The notes under the pieces: generated by a model
The model's input: only the letters and a program-made list of their open reading frames with translations
What the model was told of the DNA's origin: nothing
The model's database searches: none
Position numbers and translations under genes: made by a program
Assembly (NCBI RefSeq): GCF_009914755.1
Contig: NC_060930.1
From: the human T2T-CHM13v2.0 reference genome, Homo sapiens
Length of the DNA: 64,000 bases
Strand: one strand, 5' to 3'
Shown here: in pieces, positions 59,395 to 64,000 of the stretch
Layout: every line of letters starts with the position of its first letter
How positions within the stretch are numbered: the stretch's first letter is position 1

Positions 59395-59600
59395 AGCAAG
59401 AAACCATAATGTGGATTGTAATCTGACTTCAGCATTTACTAGTGATAAGACGAAGAGTGATTTAGCCTTTCTGTGCCTCCTCTTTGTCTTCTAAAAGTAT
59501 TGTCTACCTTATAAGGTAGAAATACTTGAAGTGATTCAGATAAAGCCCTAGGAATCATGCCTGACATTTAGTAAGTACTCAGTATTAGCTATTATTTTGA
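59395..59600 (+). mobile_element. MIR
   Basis: CATTTACTAGTG...TTTAGCCTTTCTGTGCCTC...CTACCTTATAAGG...TGCCTGACATTTAGTAAGTACTCA...TTAGCTATTATT. Confidence 0.7.
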
Positions 59601-60576
59601 ACAGCAATTTTCAAATATGTGATGGGGCTGTCATGTAAAAAAGAAAATACTTATTCTATTTGGGTTGGAGAAAGAATATTATCAAAAACATACCATGTTA
59701 GAACTGTACAAAAATATTAATATCTAACTATTACAGCACCAAATTAGAATTTGATGTCTCAGTATATTAATGTGATGGTATTAGGACTTTCAAGAGATTA
59801 TTGTAGCATATTTGTGTCAGATAATTTTTAGGCTTGATAAATTCTAAGATTCCTTGTAAATCTTGAATTTTTTGCAGACACTATCCTCCAGTGTCTTGCC
59901 TTCGATTCTATAGATGTTTGGTTAAAGACGTTGTCATTCCAGACTGATTTGATTTTAGGGAATTGGATCTCCTAGCTTGACAAATGTAGTGAGAGCAAGA
60001 AACTTGACCTATTACACATATTCACAATATGTAAGATATTTCTGCTATATTGTAAAATATTTAATAGTAAGTCATCTGTTACACCGTAAAAGGTTTCCTT
60101 CTGGGAGTGGGTGTGCAGTTTAAACCAGATTCTAATTAGCTTAAAAAAATCCATTAAGTCTTTAGTTCCACTGTTTTAGAATAAGGGGGTCAATTAAAGA
60201 GTCAAGATTTAAAATTCAAATTAAATTAACTGTGCTCTGTGAAAAGATTTCTATTCATAACCTCCTACAAGATGTGAAAAGGCTTAACCTCCTTGAATTA
60301 TTCCCCCACTGCTTGATACCTGTTTAAGGAAATTCATTTTTAAATTTCTGATTACTTTCTGATTACTACTATACAGCTTATACAGGAAACACATTTAGGA
60401 GACTTTGTATGTATCCGCTTGATGGTAATTAGTGTACTATTTTGTGTTTAAGGGAGAAGGACTGAAACTTACATTCGAGTCAAATAAAATGGTTTTGAAA
60501 TAAGTGATAATATTTATTTTGTTAATTTAACAAATTATATAACACAACACACACACACACACATTCTTTATATATA

Positions 60577-61112
<536 letters not shown>

Positions 61113-61524
61113 GAAGTACTAGTACTAGTTAGCTTTAAGAAAAATGCTAGTTAGCTCTAAGAAAAGTATTTTAATTTTTAGTTATATCTCAATAAAACCC
61201 AAGTAGATTAAAAATATCTAAAGCACTATTAAAAATATGGATAACTATTTATCTGATCCTACTGTTAGCAAAACCTTATCAACTTTAAAACAAAGAAAGT
61301 GTTCAGAATTAACATTGGTGAGGACCAGGGGTAGGAAGCTCCATAGACTGATGGAGTCATTACTCCAGGAATGTCACAGAACATTTGTATAAATAAAATG
61401 ACTATTAAGGTTAGGGAGAGAAGAGAATTCACTACTACAATAGATCTAAAGAGGGGAAAGTTGCAACATACTGTAGTGAATACAATAGTCTTATCTCAGA
61501 AAAAAATTTTCCAAGCACATTAGT

Positions 61525-61980
61525 TTTCTTAGTTCATATTCTCTAGAAAAATATGTCCTGAGGCAAGATTTACATGCTATAACTTTACTGGTCAGTGAGG
61601 TCACAGGAAAACAATATAAGGGGATTATGAAAGTGAGGCCAGAAAGGAAATTGGGAAAATACAAGGATACAAGGAGATGCATTACTGAAATAGCTTCAGT
61701 TCCTGACAAGCACAGTTGGTGGTTCACACAGTCTCAGTAGGAAACCTCAGAGGACTATATGAAATAGTGAGTCTCTGAAAAAAATCTGTTGTGCAGGGAA
61801 AGAGATAAGACTTCATCTGCCTGAACCTCTCTTTTGTACTTTTATTTCCCATTGATCCAAAGTTCATGCCATAGGCCATCAACTCTTCCCTAAATTTGAG
61901 TGTAGCTGCTGGGACTGTCTGGGATACTATCACATAGTTAGAAGCCAAGAGAGCAGTAGCAGCATCATGGTGCAGACCAC
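61525..61980 (-). mobile_element. LTR33-like ERVL LTR
   Basis: TCTTAGTTCATATTCTCTAGAAAA...CCTGAGGCAAGATTTACATGC...GAAAGTGAGGCCAGAAAGG resembles reverse-complement LTR33/LTR41. Confidence 0.55.
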
Positions 61981-62169
61981 ACACTGTACAAGAAGGTCAC
62001 CAAATCCCTGCCTGCCCTCCTGTAGTCACACAGCCAATGGATCCATGTGCATGTTACAGCTATAAAATTTGAACAATTAAAAAAAATAGCTACTATCGGC
62101 ACATGTCAGTTGTAGACTCTATGGGATACATACAAAACATCAATCAATATCTTTTCATTAAAAAAACAG

Positions 62170-62590
62170 CAGTTTAGTTATAACTGCAAGAAACAGAAAG
62201 CCTTAATGTTGCCTCTTAGAAAATCAGGGTGCTTTTTTTAATAGAATAATAAAATCAGGCAAAACCAGGGCTGCTACTGATTGAGTGACTCGACAATATT
62301 GTGGCTAACATTTCTATGATTATTTTCCTCAGGTTTGCTGTCTCCTTGTTTCCTGAAAGCTGCTTCAGTCAGGTATCAGGTTGACCTTAAGTTAGAAAGG
62401 GAAGAGGATAAGGGAAAATTCATGTCATTTCCTTTCTATTAGGAAAACACGGCTTAAGAAGAAACCTCAGCAGATTTCTAATGTGTGATGGCAAATGCAT
62501 AAGCTATATGTAAGGCAATTAGGAAGGTGGCACATAGCTCCTCTCTCAGGTTATCAAGGAAAAAAGCAAGAAGGAACATTAAGATACCCA
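62170..62590 (-). mobile_element. Very old MLT1 (J/K/L-like) LTR fragment
   Basis: TGCAAGAAACAGAAAGCC...CTCAGCAGATTTCT...GCTATATGTAAGGCAATTAGGAAGG pattern; highly diverged. Confidence 0.4.
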
Positions 62591-64000
62591 GATGACAATA
62601 TGTGCCACAAAAATAAATTGATTTACATCATTTTATATATGTTTTTGAGAAAAACGGATATCCATGCTTAATCATGTGTTTTAGGACAAAGCTATAGATT
62701 TTAAAGTACTCATCTTCCTTTTAATTTAGAAAACATCAAAAATTAGAACAAAGCAAATTATTAAGAATATTATTAATAGCCTTCAGGCTTAACATTCTCC
62801 AAGGACTCTCACACTATTTAAAGACTACAGGCATAAATCACTAGACCGTACAATACTAAGTTACTAGACTTATTTAATAAGCCTTAGATCAATAAAAGCA
62901 AGTAAATGTTAAGACTCCAATGGAAACAACAAGAACCCATTTAAACTCTATATTCTTCAGCTATTTTCCCTATGAGTCTTGAGGGGCAGACTATTTTAAC
63001 TGTAGTAGCCAGCATCAGTTCTCCATTTTAACAGCAATTTGCCCTTTCAAAGAAACAATAGCTTCAAAGAGATTGAATCAAATATTTCAATTGGCTGGCA
63101 TGGATCACTTGTTCAGAAATAGCCTTCAACGTCATGTTCTCCATCTCCCTCTTCCTTATACTCACTCTAATCTGGTGGACACTTGCCTATAAATTACTTA
63201 AATGTCCTGTAAAAGTTAAGCAATAAAAGGCAGCTAAGTAAAATAAAGCTATTATGTCTCTTTAGACAGAAATAAACTGGCATTCAATCTATTTTCTTGA
63301 ACTATAAAATATTTGTAAGTAATTGTCACTGTTTAAAAGATTTTGGCCTCTTATGTTACTCAAAATGGATAATGAGCAGAATGACTATGAAACTAGAAAA
63401 TAACTGGCTTAAGAAAATAATTTTAGGCACCGTTTGTTAAAATTCTATTATCATGTGTTTAGAGAGCAGTTATGGTTTTTAACCAGGCAAATTTCTGAAA
63501 AAGAAGAACAGAAACAACTTAATGTATCCACAAACATTATGCTGAAGATTGGTAACTCATTGTTTAGAAAACATGTGTGATCTACATGCTTCTGTGGTTG
63601 TCCATATTGCCAATCTTGAAAATGTAGACCAAGGTGACTTTAAACAAAACAGCATTTACTATCTGATTATGCTGTTTTTCTAAAAAAAATTGTCTTATGT
63701 GCTTTCCTTTTAGTGGGTACCAATGTAGCATTTCCTATTTTCTGCAAAACAATTCTAATCTGGATGTATTGTGTAATTGTTTTATTAAGTTATTGGTAAG
63801 GATTTCATTATGCTTCTTTATATATATTATATCCTGGATTATATTCAATTACTATTTAGCTGTCAAAGGAATTTGGTCTTAAATTAAGTTTACCTCGGTA
63901 AGTTTCTATTGCAAATGATTTTCTAAAAGGGGATTTCATTTTTTAAAATAGACATTTAATAATTTCTTTTTTTATTGCAATGAGAATCTGTTTATTTTAG

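Noticed and set aside
63960-64000. Polypyrimidine tract plus TTTTAG at the window end as a splice acceptor
   Set aside because: The downstream sequence is not visible and such motifs are common at this AT content.

Overview
This is primate (human-like) AT-rich intergenic or deep-intronic DNA dominated by decayed transposable elements. I can support no protein-coding gene, RNA gene or prokaryotic-type system. The ORFs in the track are either translations of Alu/LTR/THE1 sequence or chance ORFs. The main structure is an ~8 kb MER61/MER4-group class I ERV provirus (33905-41928, 4-bp TSD ATTA). It carries an antisense THE1 MaLR in its 5' LTR with a later deletion across the junction, an AluSp in the internal region and an AluY in the 3' LTR. 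Other elements: the 5' LTR and leader of a HERV-IP10 (LTR10) provirus running off the left edge; solo LTRs (MER4A, MER11, MLT2A, LTR27/28-like, MLT1/MST, LTR16/33-like); hAT and Tigger fossils; 12 dimeric Alus plus a FAM and a FLAM; and L1M, L2, MIR and probable CR1 fragments. Family calls come from recalled consensus sequences, and boundaries of old elements are approximate. I found no convincing new biological system. The best leads are modest: reciprocal decay of a p53-like site between sister LTRs, a deletion that removes one DUX4 site, tandem gag-matrix remnants next to a splice-acceptor-fronted env tail, and a compact duplication/inversion scar at 11361-11441.
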